64,000 nucleotides of DNA from contig NC_042997.1 of NCBI RefSeq assembly GCF_006345805.1, positions 17,546,001 through 17,610,000 of the forward strand, in the 5' to 3' direction. Positions 1 to 14,803 of this stretch are shown piece after piece. The notes under the pieces are model-generated. The model saw only the letters and a program-made list of their open reading frames with translations. It made no database searches and had not been told where the DNA came from. Position numbers and translations under genes: made by a program. Source of the DNA: Octopus sinensis. Taxonomy: Eukaryota. Position 1 is the first letter of the stretch. Each line of letters begins with the position of its first letter.

Positions 1-240
1 TATATATACATATATATACATATACATATATATACATATATATACATATACATATATATACATATGCATATATATACATATATATACATATAATACATAT
101 ACATATATACATATATATACATATATATACATATATATACATATATACATATATACATATATATACATATACATATAAATACATATACATATATATATAT
201 ACATTATATATACATATACAATATATATACATACATATAC

Positions 241-275
<35 letters not shown>

Positions 276-631
276 CATATATATATATACATATATATAC
301 ATAACATATAATATACATATATATATATATACATATATATCATACATTATATAAATATATATACATATATATACACATATTATACATATATTACATATAT
401 ATACATTATATATACATATATATATACATATATTACATATATTATATATATATTATAGATATTACATATTACCTATATATATATACCATACATATAATAT
501 ATATACATAGATATATATACATATACATATATATACATGCATATATATACATACATATATATACATATATATATATATACATACATATATATACACATAC
601 ATATATATACATACATATATATACATATATA

Positions 632-664
<33 letters not shown>

Positions 665-1161
665 GTATATATACATACATATACATATATACATACATAT
701 ACATATATACATACATATGTATATATACATACATATGTATATATACATACATATACATACATATGTATATATACATACATATACACATACATATACATAT
801 GTATATATACATACATATACATACATATGTATATATACATACATATACACATACATATACATATATATATATATATACATACATATATATATATATACAT
901 GCATATATATATATACATACGTATATATATATTATACATATACATACATAATATATATATACATGCATATATATATAATATACATATTACATAATATATA
1001 TATACATATACATATATACATACCATATAGACACATTATATATACATAATATACACATATATGTATACACATACATATACACATATATGTATTACACATA
1101 ATATACATATATAGATATATATATATATAATATATATACACATACATATATATATATACAT

Positions 1162-1223
<62 letters not shown>

Positions 1224-1260
1224 ATTTATATACATACATATATATTCATACATACACACA
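1..1260. repeat. Compound (TA)n/(TACA)n microsatellite
   Basis: Almost only T/A with interspersed C; source of the YIYI/MCVY pseudo-ORFs. Confidence 0.97.
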
Positions 1261-1933
1261 TACAATTGATTGAATTAATCAGAGAAAATAAAAATCAGTT
1301 TATATGTTCTGTTCAAATGCAGTCATATTTAGAAGCACAGAATTTCTGATTCATTTAAGTACGTAAAATATATCTTTGTCTGTATTCGTCTGTATACGAT
1401 TTGCATACATGCATACAAGTATGAGTACATAGATGCTTGTTGTGTATCTCTTTTCGTGTAAGTGTATGCATATGTGTTTGTGTCTGTATTAAATTTGTAT
1501 TTATACAAATCAGTATTCATTGTATTTTTGAATCACATTTGTACCATATTTACAATATAAATGTTAGTATTTTATACTATAATCAAAACTCTATGTAATA
1601 ATTCATTGTAAAAACTGTTGCAATGGAAAGAAAATTATCCAAATTGTTTGGTAAGTTTCAATTTTAGATTTACAACTGAAAAGTTATTCCTCAGGTTTCC
1701 AAATTTTCATTCTATCCAACTTGACTCACAAATGTTGGATTAGCCGAGAGGTTGGGGGGGGGGGACAAACAAAAGAGAAACATTAGTTCAAGATACATTT
1801 AGAATGATCTTTGAAGTTCCTGATAGTAAAGTAAACTTCTTAACTATTCCAGCAAGCTTTGAATTTATATTTCATCATGACAGACATAAACATACACAAA
1901 TATATACATACAGACACACATAGACACACACAC

Positions 1934-2023
<90 letters not shown>

Positions 2024-2361
2024 GAGTATTTTATACTTGTATTTTCAGATAAAATTATAGTAAATGATTGATCAGACCATGCTTACACATATAAACTATT
2101 TGCAAATTTGAAAAACTGTTAATTCAATTGAATATATAATATATATATATATGAGAGAGTGAAAGAAAAGAAGAGAGAGAGAGAGAAAGAGTGAGGGGAT
2201 AGGTTGGAAAGTAACAGAGGGAAAGAGAGATAAAGTGAGACGAAAAGATAGTGAATAAGAGGGAGGGTAAGTGAGAAAGATATAGATTCATGCATGTTTA
2301 TATGTATATAAATGTATATAACTTTATATATTTATATATATACATACACACATATATATAT

Positions 2362-2362
<1 letters not shown>

Positions 2363-2444
<82 letters not shown>
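2363..2444. repeat. (TAGA)n tetranucleotide microsatellite
   Basis: About 20 uninterrupted TAGA units. Confidence 0.97.
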
Positions 2445-2815
2445 TTAATACATATATATATACACATATTAATACATATATATATATACTATAAATATTT
2501 AGCATATAGTAAAATATTACAATTATACATTGAGCAAATAAACTTTTGAATGTTTGTTATGTACTTCATAATCTATTTACATATTCTATATGTACATGTT
2601 TTAGTCTCTCAAACAAGTATACTCTTTTACACATACACTGACACATATCTATACATATACACAAGCATATTTTAAAGTGAGCAAATAATTTCACACACAT
2701 ATATATATATATATACTGTACACAGAAATTCTTAAATATAAATATATTATACATAACAAATACACACACATACACGGACATTATATATATATATATATAT
2801 AATATATATAATATA

Positions 2816-2860
<45 letters not shown>

Positions 2861-3129
2861 AAGAAAAATAGATAGATAGATAGATAGATATACACACGCA
2901 CACACATGTTTGCATTCATTGAGACACAAATTCATTCATAGAAACAAGTGCATGGATCTATTTAACCACATATTCACAAACACATTCCTTTACACAAGCA
3001 AACTATAAGAGTAAAAAAGTGAGAAAAGTACTGCTTTACCCCTGAATAAACAAGTCCCTTTGCATATGACTCATATTGTTATTGTCTTCCTCATTGTGCC
3101 ATTTCATGGTAGGGAAAAAAAGGTTCCCT

Positions 3130-3370
3130 TCTTTCTAAGTAATAAGTATCGTGTCAACCAGAGGTATGTTGCCTTTGTCTGCTGTCATCTGCTGTTGGTA
3201 CTGTCTCGTGCAGCATTACATGTTGAGCCTTTTGAACACTTGAACAGTGTCTGCTGCATTCGCTGCTTCGTTCGATGGCAAATCAGCTCATGTGTGTCTG
3301 TGTGTTCGTATCGAACAGAAAATTAGCGCAGCTGTAGGAAGAGTGTAGTGAACACAGAAACTGAGAAGCT
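3130..3370 (-). promoter_or_regulatory. Candidate promoter/first exon (CpG-enriched unique segment)
   Basis: About 8 CpGs in about 200 bp of non-repeat DNA against near-zero background; Inr-like TCAGTT on the minus strand at 3359-3364. No transcript evidence. Confidence 0.25.
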
Positions 3371-3469
3371 GCCTAGAGTGCTAATATAATAATGGAAATA
3401 GTTTTACATATTCAAGACACCAGCAGCTTTTCAACACCATCCCCACACCATTAAATTTAGCGTTGTATA

Positions 3470-3525
3470 TATATGTGTACCTGTGTATATACATATATAA
3501 TGTGTACATGCATATATAATGTATG

Positions 3526-3559
<34 letters not shown>

Positions 3560-3713
3560 ATGTGTGTGTATTATATATATATATATATAATATATATATA
3601 TAATGTGTGTGTATTATATATATATATACATACATATATAATACACACACATACATATTATATATATATTGTCTGTGTGTGTGTGTGGTGTATACATATG
3701 TTGTATGTATGTG

Positions 3714-3751
<38 letters not shown>

Positions 3752-3960
3752 GTGTGTGTGAGCATATATGTACCTGTGTATTGTTCGTTATATATACATA
3801 CATATATATATATTCATGTGTTTATGTATATATATGCGTGTGTGTGTATATATATATATATATACATATACACATACAATGCGTTTACACATACATGTAA
3901 ATGTATAAATACACATGAACACACATCTATTCTATATTTATGTAAATGAATGTATATATG
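3470..3960. repeat. (TA)n/(TG)n microsatellite
   Basis: Low-complexity dinucleotide tracts. Confidence 0.9.
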
Positions 3961-4229
3961 TGTAGTTATGTGTATTTATTTATCTATTTATTTAATTTTT
4001 TCTGTAATGGTTTCATTTAGTGTTCTCACGACTGCATGTTGGAAATTGAAAATTAATTTTTTTTTCTGAGTGCATGTGCAAATTTGCCTCTTTGTGTATG
4101 TGTGTGCACATATGTTTGTGGTGTGGTGTATGTATGCTAATGGTGTGTAAAGTTATGACATGGTGACTACTATTATAAGATGGTAGAGGAGGGTTGAATA
4201 AGAGATATTGTTGGTAATTCCTTATATAC

Positions 4230-5253
4230 TCATATATATATATATATGTGTGTGTTTATGTGTATGTGTGTGTGTGCAAGCGTGTATGTGTGTATACAAA
4301 TACATACATATATGCATAGATATGTATACACACATATATACATAGATATGTATACACACACATATATATACATAGATATGTATACACACACACATATACA
4401 TAGATATGTATACACACACACACATATATACATATATGTATAGGAATGTGTGTGTATATATGTATATGTATATACATACATATGTATATTATATATATAT
4501 ATATATATATACATATATATATACATATACATATATATATACATATATATATATACACATATATATATACATGTATATATATAAAGGCGGTGCTCCAGCA
4601 TTGCTGCAGTCAAATGACTGAAACAAGTAAAAGAGTAAAAAGAGTAAATATATATACATACATATATATATACACACATATATATATATATACATACATA
4701 TATATATATATACACATACATATATATATATACATACATATATATACATATATACACATATATATATATACATACATATATATATACATATATACACATA
4801 TATATATATACATACATATATATATATACACATACATATATATATATACACATATACACATACATATATATATATATATACATATATACACATATATATA
4901 TATACATACATATATATATATACACATACATATATATACACATACATATATATATATACACATATACACATACATATATATATATACACATACATATATA
5001 TACACATACATATATATATATATACACATATACACATACAATATATATATATATATATATACATACATATATACACATATATATATATATATACATACAT
5101 ATATACACATATATATATATATACATATATACACATATATATACATACATATATACAATATTATATACATACATAATACACTATATATACATACATATAT
5201 TATATATATATAATACATACATATATATATATATACATATATTATATATATAC

Positions 5254-5307
<54 letters not shown>

Positions 5308-5472
5308 CATATATATATACATACATATATATTACATATATATTATACATATATATATACATATATATACATATATATATACATATATATATATATATAC
5401 ATATATATATACATATATATATATATACATATATATATACATATATATATATACTATATTATATATATATAT

Positions 5473-5504
<32 letters not shown>

Positions 5505-5521
5505 ATATACTATATTATACA

Positions 5522-5553
<32 letters not shown>

Positions 5554-5574
5554 CATATATATATACATATATAC

Positions 5575-5621
<47 letters not shown>

Positions 5622-5867
5622 CATATATATACATATAAATATATATACACTACATATATATACATACATATATATAATATATATTACATATATAATATAA
5701 CTATATACATCTATATATATACATATATATATATATATATACATATATATATTACATATACATATACATATAAATATATATACATATACATATATATACA
5801 TTAAAATATATATACATATACATATATATACATATACATATATATAATATACATATATACATATACA

Positions 5868-5923
<56 letters not shown>

Positions 5924-6332
5924 CATATACATATATATACATATATATACATCATATATACATATATATACATAATATATACATATATATATATACATAT
6001 ACATAACATATACATATATATACATATATATACATATATATATACATATATATATACATATATATACATATACATATATATACATATATATACATATATA
6101 TACATATATATACATATACATAATATATATACATATATATATATACATATATATATACATATATATATATATACATATACAATATACATATTACATATAC
6201 ATATACATAATACATATATACATATATATATACATATACACATATACATATACATATATATACCATATATACATATACATATATACATATATACATATAC
6301 ATATACATATAATATATAATATACATATATAC

Positions 6333-6374
<42 letters not shown>

Positions 6375-6405
6375 TTATATATATATATATGTATATATTA
6401 TGTGT

Positions 6406-6435
<30 letters not shown>
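4230..6435. repeat. Large compound (TA)/(TACA) microsatellite
   Basis: About 2.2 kb of TA/TACA repeats ending in (TG)n. Confidence 0.97.
4583..4647 (+). mobile_element. 3' tail fragment of tRNA-derived SINE
   Basis: ggcggtgctccagca...aaatgactgaaacaagtaaaagagtaaaa, the same tail as the SINE copies at 34693-34962 and 52128-52545. Confidence 0.8.
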
Positions 6436-6441
<6 letters not shown>

Positions 6442-7599
6442 ACATATATATCAAATCTTTTAAAATCTAAGTTACTCATAGTTCTCATGACAATGTGCTA
6501 AAGTTTAAAATACCAAAATTCTCAGCATGCAATTGTTTGGCATGTAGTGTCTACACAGTGAAGTGTTTTCCATGAAGCTGACTTTATTATTGTGGAATGG
6601 AATTGTTTCTCAAGTATTGAATTCAGTAATGGAAGTGTTTCTGAAGAATGGAATTGTTTCAACTAGCTGTGTGTATATCTTTGCTATGTATATTTAAGTA
6701 TAAGTTTGGGGTATGCTTAATGTTTATAAGTTGCGAAAATATATATAACTATGATGTATGTTACAGCTTTTAATTTAGGCATCGATGTTTCAGTTGAAAT
6801 GTAATGCAGGATTATTTTCACGAAGTTTATAATGATGAAGATGATGAAGATGATGATAATGATGATGATGGCGGATCTCATTTAATTTTGGCACAAGGCA
6901 GTAATTTTGAGAGCAGTGGAATTTTGGTACTCAATTTCATTTACCCCAAGATGATAATAGGCAAAGTTGGCCTTTGTCATTTGAACTTAAATGTAAAAAG
7001 GTAGATGAAATATCACAAGGTATTTTGTCCAATGTTTAAGTGATTTTGCTAATCCAAAAGTAGAAAGGTTCACCTCATTTCTATCAGCAACCAAGATGTT
7101 GTTGGGAATATAGTCATGAAATATAAAAACACTGGTATTTTAATGAAATAAGAGAGAGAGTGGAATCAGCAAAGACAATAAAAAGCAATAAATAGTCAAT
7201 GAGAACATGTCCCCAATGAGGGAAAAAAATTCACCTCTCATAATCTACAGTTTCCCATACAAAGCCTAAAATTACTCACTTGTATTAAAGGTAAAAGCAT
7301 CCTGTTCCAGTTTCTCATCACCCATTTATGGTTACATAATCTGAGTAATCCCATTTAGCCTTATCAATCTTACAACTCTCATCTACTTTTTGTAAAACAT
7401 GCAAGAGAGTGGCACCTCCCTTTCAACCACTTTATTCTTCAACTGGCAATTGACAAAGTTGATGAGGACTTAGCCAGAGTGGGAAAGCTCTGATCACAAA
7501 TCTTAACATAACTCCTTATAACTTCCTCCACCATAGTCATCATAGAAAGAAAAACTATATTTCCTTCCTTGTCAAAGAAAGGTGGTACATTAGTCATGA

Positions 7600-8190
7600 T
7601 AACATCTGCTTATAGCTACATCCATCCCACAAGTGACTGTTTGTTGCAAGGTCACAGATCAGTAAACATGTACATTGAACAAATGCCTGTTGACTGGTTT
7701 TGTTGTTTTGTATACATCTCAAATAGGTTTTACTGATGGCACTTCTGTCCTCATAGGACTTTCAGGCTGATGACTTTTAAATTGTCCATAATCCATGACC
7801 TGGAGGACTGAAAAGTCAGGCAGATATAGCCAACATTACTTCAGTGGTAAGCTGGCCATCATGCTTTGTCCCAGGAAATATCTGACAGACTAGAATATAT
7901 GCTCTTTTGCATCTTGTGGAATGATCAAATCCTGCTTGTTAAGAGATCCATCCTTGGACAACATTCCACTCAAGAATCTAGGCAAGCAGTAGCTGATGAT
8001 GTTCAAGTATGCACCAAAGCTACCAAAACTCTGAAAAATCCTGGACAATGATGTTGAATAGGGGCATTCATCATTCATGTGGCACATCTTTCCACCACTT
8101 ATTTCTTTGAACAAATTGCAATCCCAGGTCAAGTTCAGACTTAGCTTGGGCTTGCCCTCATGGCAATCTACCATTTGGACATTATGGTCA
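7600..8190 (-). pseudogene. Possible pogo/Tigger-like DDE transposase remnant
   Basis: Minus-strand translation LIIPQDAKEH...YLPDFSVLQVMDYGQFKS resembles the pogo motif YLPxNxTSxLQPMDxGxxKS; contains stops. Confidence 0.35.
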
Positions 8191-8198
8191 GTGAAAAG

Positions 8199-8426
8199 TT
8201 AACTCTTTAGTATTTAAACTGACCATGTCTGGCCCAAATTTTCAACATGTTTTATATTCAGAACAACCAGCTCTGGCTTTTCACACATAACCTACAATGT
8301 CATTCTAAAATTAAACAATACCATCATTAAAATCTCTAAACCATGAGATAACACCTGATTAATTTGAAACAATGTGAATAAATAAGTATTATACTTGACA
8401 GTGTAACCTGAATGCTAAAGGGTTAA
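8199..8426. mobile_element. piggyBac-type MITE
   Basis: TTAA at both ends; imperfect TIR ttaactctttagtattta ... tgaatgctaaagggttaa. Confidence 0.6.
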
Positions 8427-8529
8427 ACCTTGTATTCTCTAGAATATTAATTGAGTATGAGTGACAATGCATAGAATGATTCTGAGCATCAATAAAGACA
8501 GTTTGAATATGTTCCAATTTGGTCAGATA

Positions 8530-8760
8530 TTTCCTAATATAAACCAAAATGGTCAGCACACCTCTGAAATGATGTTGGTGTTGGTTACTTCTACCCGACC
8601 TTTCAAAAACAACTTTCTCCTGTTTTGAGTTAGACTGGCCAACCTGCTTGCAACCTCTTTGCTGTTTCTTTCTACTTGAAAGTTTAGTTTGCTAAACTTG
8701 AAGAACCTTATGCAGGAAAATCTACTAACCAGCATGAACAAGGTTCCACTAAAGTCAAGT
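8530..8760 (-). pseudogene. Tx1/L1-like non-LTR RT C-terminal fragment
   Basis: VERNSKEVASRLASLTQNRRKLFLKGRVEVTNTNIISEV resembles the L1/Tx1 pattern WxxRxLSLKGRxxVxNxxIxS. Confidence 0.5.
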
Positions 8761-8941
8761 TGTAAACACTCCAATTCATTTTGCTTACAACCACCTTGAC
8801 ATCCAATATGACTGACCATGTCAGTGATACTAATCACATATGCAGACCCTAATAATAATCATATTATCTGTACATGTCCTCTATATAAAGGAAATGGCTT
8901 TTATAGTACACTTATATATATATATATACAGAAAGCGGGAG

Positions 8942-8982
<41 letters not shown>

Positions 8983-9111
8983 CACACACATGTTAGAAGT
9001 AAATAGACACCCCATAAAACATCGTTTTCTGTTTATTCTAACTTGTAAAGGTTTATATTTCTTATTAATTGACATTTTTATGTTTCAGATTCTATATGTG
9101 ACTGTTTAATC

Positions 9112-10138
9112 ATGCCATGTACAAAAGAATCCATGGAACTGTCTGAATTTCAAAGAGGCCATATTGTGGGTCATTCTGAAGGTGGATATAGTCAGTATAA
9201 AATTGCAGAAAACCTTGGGATCCCACTTTCTACAGTTAATAGAGTGATTGTGCAATTCACCAGAGAGGGGAAGGAGTCCACATCACCTTGTCTAGATCAA
9301 CCAGGGCCCTTTGACAGGACCCTTCTCTTTGCTAAGAGAAGTGTGGAGGATAATCCTCATTGCAAGACCTCTGACATAGCAGAGCAAGTTGATGTCAGTC
9401 CCAGAACAGCTGTCAGGTATCTCCACAAACTTGGTTACTATGGCAGAGCAGGAAGAAGAAAGCCACATCTTTGACCAGCCAATATGAAGCAGAGAAAAGA
9501 TTGGGCCAGTGAGATGGTGGAGTGGCCATTAGCATTTTGGGATACTTTCATAGTAACTGATGAGTCCAGATTTGCTGTATTTCCTAACAGTGGTTGAGTG
9601 TGGGTCTGGAGACTCTGTGATCAAGAATTTGATGTGAAAAGATTGCAACCAGCAATGAAACATAGTAGCTATTCTGTGATGGTCTGGGGAACAATTTGGA
9701 GCAATGGTTGATCAGAGCTGATGGAGTGTGAGGGAACGATAAACTCAAATAAATATGCGTCCATCCATATTGAAGAAAGGATTCCTTCCTAACTTCTCCA
9801 GTGGTGAAATGATTAAAGAAAACTTTATTTATGGAAGATGTGATTCCTTGTCACACATTTAAATGACCCAAGATTTATTGGAAAAGAATGGCATTAGAAA
9901 GCTTCCATAGCCAAGACAGTCACCAGATATGAATCCTATAGAACACATCTGGAGCATAATGGACAAGACATTTCATAAACAGAACAAGAAAGCATCTTCA
10001 AAGCCAGATCTCTTGAGATTATTGCATGAAACTTAGCAAGAAATTCCGCAAGAAAATATTCACCATCTGATCAGTAAAAAGCCTAATAGGGTCCTTGCAT
10101 TGAAAAAAGCAAAGAGCATGTCTACTAAATATTCATAA
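9112..10138 (+). pseudogene. Tc1-family (DD34E) transposase pseudogene
   Basis: [15 protein letters not shown]; then TDESRF, SVMVWG, QSPDMNPIEHIW and C-terminal KAKSMSTKY; several stops/frameshifts. TIRs not confidently found. Confidence 0.92.
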
Positions 10139-10456
10139 TCATACAGATAATCATACAAAGACATAATCATACAAAGACGTAATGGTTATGATTGAGATGC
10201 TTTTGATCGTAGATACCTTCAATAAGGGCTGACATGAGAGTTACATAACAATTAAAACCACAAAACATTATCCCTTATTAGATAAGCTAACATAAGGGCC
10301 TTTACATAGTCACTCCACCTGCTGGATATGGCTTCCAAAAGTCCTTCAAATCACCAGTGCTGTGATGGCTTTGGTTAAAGGCTGCAAGAATGGGGTTTAA
10401 TTGTGTTTAAACAACAGTACCACCACTAACAACAGCCAATATTATTAGATAATCAG

Positions 10457-11410
10457 CATCATCATCGTTAACGTCTGCTTTCCATGTTGGCATGGGTTGG
10501 ATGGTTTGACAGAGGACTGGCAAGCCAGAAGGCTGTACCAGGCTCCAATCTTATCTGGCAAGGTTTCCACAGCTGGATGCCCTTCCTAACGCATGGGAGC
10601 CAGTCAGGCAGCACTGGCATTGACCATGCTCAAATGGTGCTTTTTATGTGCCACCAGCACGAATGCCAGTCAGGCGGTACTGGCATTGGCCACAACGATG
10701 ACTTCACTTGACTCAACAAGTCTTTGCAAGCATAGTTTACTGCCCAGTGATTGAAGGGTACTCTTAAATGGGCTGGTTATGCTGCACTGGCATAGGCCAT
10801 GGTTATAGTCTCACTTGGCTTGTCAGGTCTTCTCAAGCACGGCATACCTCCAAAGGTCTTGGTCACGTGTCATCACTTCCGTGAGTCCCAACTTTCAAAG
10901 GTTGTACGTCACCATTTCATCCCAGGTCTTTCTGGGTCTACCTCTTCCACAGGTCCCCTCTACTGCTAGGGTGTGACACTTTCCCACACAGCTGTCCTCA
11001 TCCATATGCACCACATGACCATAACAGCACAGTCGTCTCTCTTGCACACCACATTTGATGCTTCTTATGTCCAACTCTTCTCTTGGGGCACTTACACTCT
11101 GTTGTGTATGTACACATTACATATCCAGTGGAGCATACTAGCTTTATTTCTTGCAAGCTTACACTTGTCCTCAGCAGTCACAGCCCATGTTTCATTGCTG
11201 TGTAGCATGGCTGTTTGAACACATGTGACATACAATCTCCTTTTTACTCTGAGCAAGAGGCCCTTTGTCACCAGCAGAGGTAGGAGCTCTCTGAGCTTTG
11301 CCCAGGCTACTCTTATTCTAGAAGCTACACTCTCAGAGCATCTACAACCACTACTGACTTGGTCACCTAGGTAATGGAAGCTATCAACTTCTAGTTTTTC
11401 CCCTAGCATA
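10457..11410 (-). mobile_element. 5'-truncated RTE LINE (RT end, 3'UTR, (GAT)n tail)
   Basis: KLEVDSFHYLGDQVSS...RIRVAWAKLRELLPLL...ETWAV; tail ccaacccatgccaacatggaaagcagacgttaacgatgatg on the minus strand. Confidence 0.92.
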
Positions 11411-11484
11411 TGATGGAAGCTAAATTAATATAAATTTATTTTTATGGTGTTGTTTGAGTGATATATATTTTAAAAATCTTTTTA

Positions 11485-11618
11485 TTAGTTAGGCAAGAAA
11501 GAGCTTTGCACATGATCTTTTACTAATCTTTCAAAACTTGTGAGATGGAGAAAGATAGCTTTGAAGTGGAGACCTGGCCTGAGTGCTGCAAAAGAATGAA
11601 CTTCTCTGCCAAAAGTAC
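11485..11618 (-). CDS. Putative terminal coding exon of an unidentified host gene
   Basis: catcttag acceptor; (G)TFGREVHSFAALRPGLHFKAIFLHLTSFERLVKDHVQSSFLPN*; AATAAA about 50 nt downstream; phase-compatible with the 11744-11819 exon. Confidence 0.4.
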
Positions 11619-11743
11619 CTAAGATGTTGGGGGATGGTATTAAACCAAAAGACAGATTAAGTCTACTGATTATTGCTTGAATGATTTTGAATTTTAGAAT
11701 TTTAATTCAAATTTCTTTAATTAAAATCTTTTATCATAAGTAC

Positions 11744-11819
11744 CGTTGAATCGCTGAAGCCTGATCATAGTGCTTCTGACATATTCTTGGCAAAGATTTG
11801 TTAATTCTCTCTGGGTTGT
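11744..11819 (-). CDS. Putative internal coding exon (76 nt)
   Basis: tgtatttttcag acceptor, G|gtactt donor; TTQRELTNLCQEYVRSTMIRLQRFN(G). Confidence 0.42.
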
Positions 11820-12354
11820 CTGAAAAATACAGTTAAATCTCATTGGGTATATAAAGACTTTTCTGCCAGATTATGAAGATGTGCCAAGAGAAAATGCTAA
11901 GTGGCTTATCCAAACCAAGAGAATGATATGTTTGATTCTTAGAAATGCTTTTAAAATAATTTTGGCCTTTAATTAAGAATGACTGTAAAAGATATATGCA
12001 TCTATCTTCCTTTTTCTTAAACTCCTCTGTTGATTTATAAAACAAAGGGCATAAGAATCTTAATCATCTTAGATGTCTGATGCCTTTCAATTGCAATGTG
12101 TTCATATTTTTGTATAAAATAAACTACCTCTATATTCTGTGAGTCTAATTACAGTAAAGGTAAGGTTTAGTGGTGAATGAACAAACATTATTCATCAAAA
12201 ATTTCACCATTGACAACATTGTTATTGTCATTGTAATCATCATCATCATATATTTAATGCCTACGATTCCATGCTTGCATGGGTCAGATGGAATTCAATG
12301 AGGAAAATTTTCTATAGCCAGATACCATTTCTGTTAACTACCCCCACCTTCTAA

Positions 12355-14444
12355 AGATGCCAGGAGTAAAGGAGTGACTTGTCAGAGCTATACAAACCAT
12401 GTACAGTTGTGCTGTCAGTAACATGAAAATTGGCCATGAATACAGTAAAGAATTCAGTGTACAAATAAATGTTCACCAGAGCTCAGTTCTTAGTTCACTC
12501 TTATTCATCATAGTCCTCCAGGCCATAATAGAAGAATTCAAAAATGAATGCCCATGGGAACTGCTATATGCTAATGACCTAGCTCTTATTGCAGAATCTG
12601 AAGCAGAATTGGAGAAGTTCCTGGTATGGAAGCAAAACCTAAAATCAAAGGGCCTTAAAGTTAACCTAGCAAGGACTAAAGTTGTTGTTAGCAAGAAAAC
12701 AGATAAGGCTTTCTTTCTGCTAGGTAAATGACCCTGCTCAATAAGTAGGAAAGGAGTTGGAAGTAATTCCATTTGCTGCACCCAATGTAAGCTATGAACA
12801 CATAAGAGATGCAGTGGATTAACAGATAAGGTTCCCTTTGTGTGCAACAGAAGTGCAGGAACAATAAGCACTAAGAACATGCAGGACTTAAATTCTCTCA
12901 AATGTCCAGGAAGCTCTCTTGAGATAGTAGGTTAGTTTCTACTACTTAGGTGACCAAGTTAGTAATGCTGGTGGATGCTCTGAAAGTATTGTGTCTAGAA
13001 TAAGTATAGGATGGGGGAAGTTCAGAGAACTACTACCTCTGTTGGCAACAAAAGGACTCTCTCTTAGAGTGAAAGGTAGATTGTATGGTGCTAGTATGCA
13101 AACGGCTATACTCCATGGTAGTGGGACATGGGCTCTGAAGGCAGAGGACATGCATAGACTAGAAATGAATGAAGGTAGTATGCTTCACTGGATGTGCAAC
13201 ATCAGTGGGCATAAATGACAAAACACAACTGTGTTGAAAGAAAAGTTGGGCATAAGAGGAATTAGTGTGGCACGCAGGAGAGGAGACTACATTGGTTTGG
13301 ACATGGGATGCATATAAATGAAGACAGTTGTTTAAGGAAGTGCTGGTCACTGAAAGAGAATACTACCTGTGGAAGAGGAAGACCCAGGAAGACATAAGAT
13401 GAAGTGTCTTCCTGAGATTGGTCCTGAAGACTAATCTCAGGATGTTAGGGCTCACAGATGAAATGACAAAGGACTGAAATGTCTTGTGATATGAGGTTCT
13501 AGACAGGATCCACCCACATCATCAAAACTGAGTGTTAGAAGTGTTGTGTTCCACTGGCATATAACAATAAAATTTTCACCCTACCCCAAGAAACCAAACT
13601 ACATCTCTCTTAAACTGCATCTTTTCTCTTCCTCACATTTCCTCTTTATACACTATGATTATCTCCCACTCCCCATCCCTGCCTTCACTGCCCTGCTCAC
13701 TGTATCACTACTTTTCCCACACCATCTTTATACTCAGGTTCTCATCAGTCATTGCAATCCCCACCTCCACTCCCTACTCGTGCCTTCTTGGCAGTACCTG
13801 GCCACATATATTACGACCTCCATACTTTGAGGGTATCCCCTGGAAATTGCTATCATTTATCGTTCTCTTCCTTACTCTGTCATCCCATCTATGTTCTGAT
13901 ACCGATTCCTTGTGAGTATACCCAGGCACTTCACCCTCGTCTTTCTCCTGCTCTCTCTTGCACTCTTGTTGTCTCCCACACTCTCTCTCTTTCCCTTGCT
14001 CTTTCCTCTGGCAAAGTAACTAAGTATCTCCTTTACAGCAGCACACCTGTTTCTGTCCTCTTTCTTGTTACCTCTCTCTCCTCTTTTTCTCTCTCCTTGT
14101 GGCTGGGTGACCATCTACCTCCTCTTTAGCAAGACACATGTTCCTGCCTCTCTGTCACACTCTAATCTTTCATCACTTGATACAAGATCACCTCCCTCCA
14201 ATGACCCCCTCTCCTCTCAAAAATTTCTTGTCTTGCAAGTTACTTCATGACTGTTCTGGTGTCATGTAAAAAGCACCCAGTCCACTCTGTAGGGTGGTTG
14301 GCATTAAGAAGGACATCCAGCTGTAAAAACCATGCCAAAACAGACACAGTAGCCTAGTGTAATCTTCAACCTGACCAGCTCCTGTCAAACTGTTCAACCA
14401 ATGCCAGTATAGAAGCCTGATGTTAAACAATGATGATGATGATG
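12355..14444 (+). mobile_element. Decayed RTE LINE (RT with PHD-like insert, long pyrimidine-rich 3'UTR)
   Basis: CPWELLYANDLALIAES, GLKVNLARTKV, RISIGWGKFRELLPLL, GSGTWAL; 3' tail tgttaaacaatgatgatgatg. Confidence 0.92.
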
Positions 14445-14803
14445 CACAAAATACAGTTTTCAATGAGTCGATAGTGTAAATGATAAATACAAACCTTTCA
14501 CACCAATCTTATATGTACATAACCATATAATCTGTTTATGCCAGCCTTCATAACATTTCAAAAATTTATTTAATGCTAGTCCAGCAATTTATAAGGTAAT
14601 TTTTTTATAGCCAATATTCTGAAAATGAGCTATGTTGGGAGCAACTCATGGTCACTTGATGTTAATGTGGTCCAGATGCATTGTGGATGAGGGTTCGAGT
14701 AGTCAAGATTGGAGAGTTTTTGATTATAAGTCTCCTGTTAGAGCTGATCTGGACCTAAAGAATGAGTCTTAAATCCTAATTTCACATGATGTTGATTTAT
14801 CAC

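Noticed and set aside
462-6371. Long ORFs rich in Y/I/M/C/H/T (also at 17440-17852, 47850-48519, 56500-57756, 61890-62183)
   Set aside because: Translations of TA/TACA microsatellites, which lack stop codons in most frames.
6830-6870. Acidic DDEDDD ORF (6804-7004)
   Set aside because: (GAT)n microsatellite followed by repeat-derived sequence.
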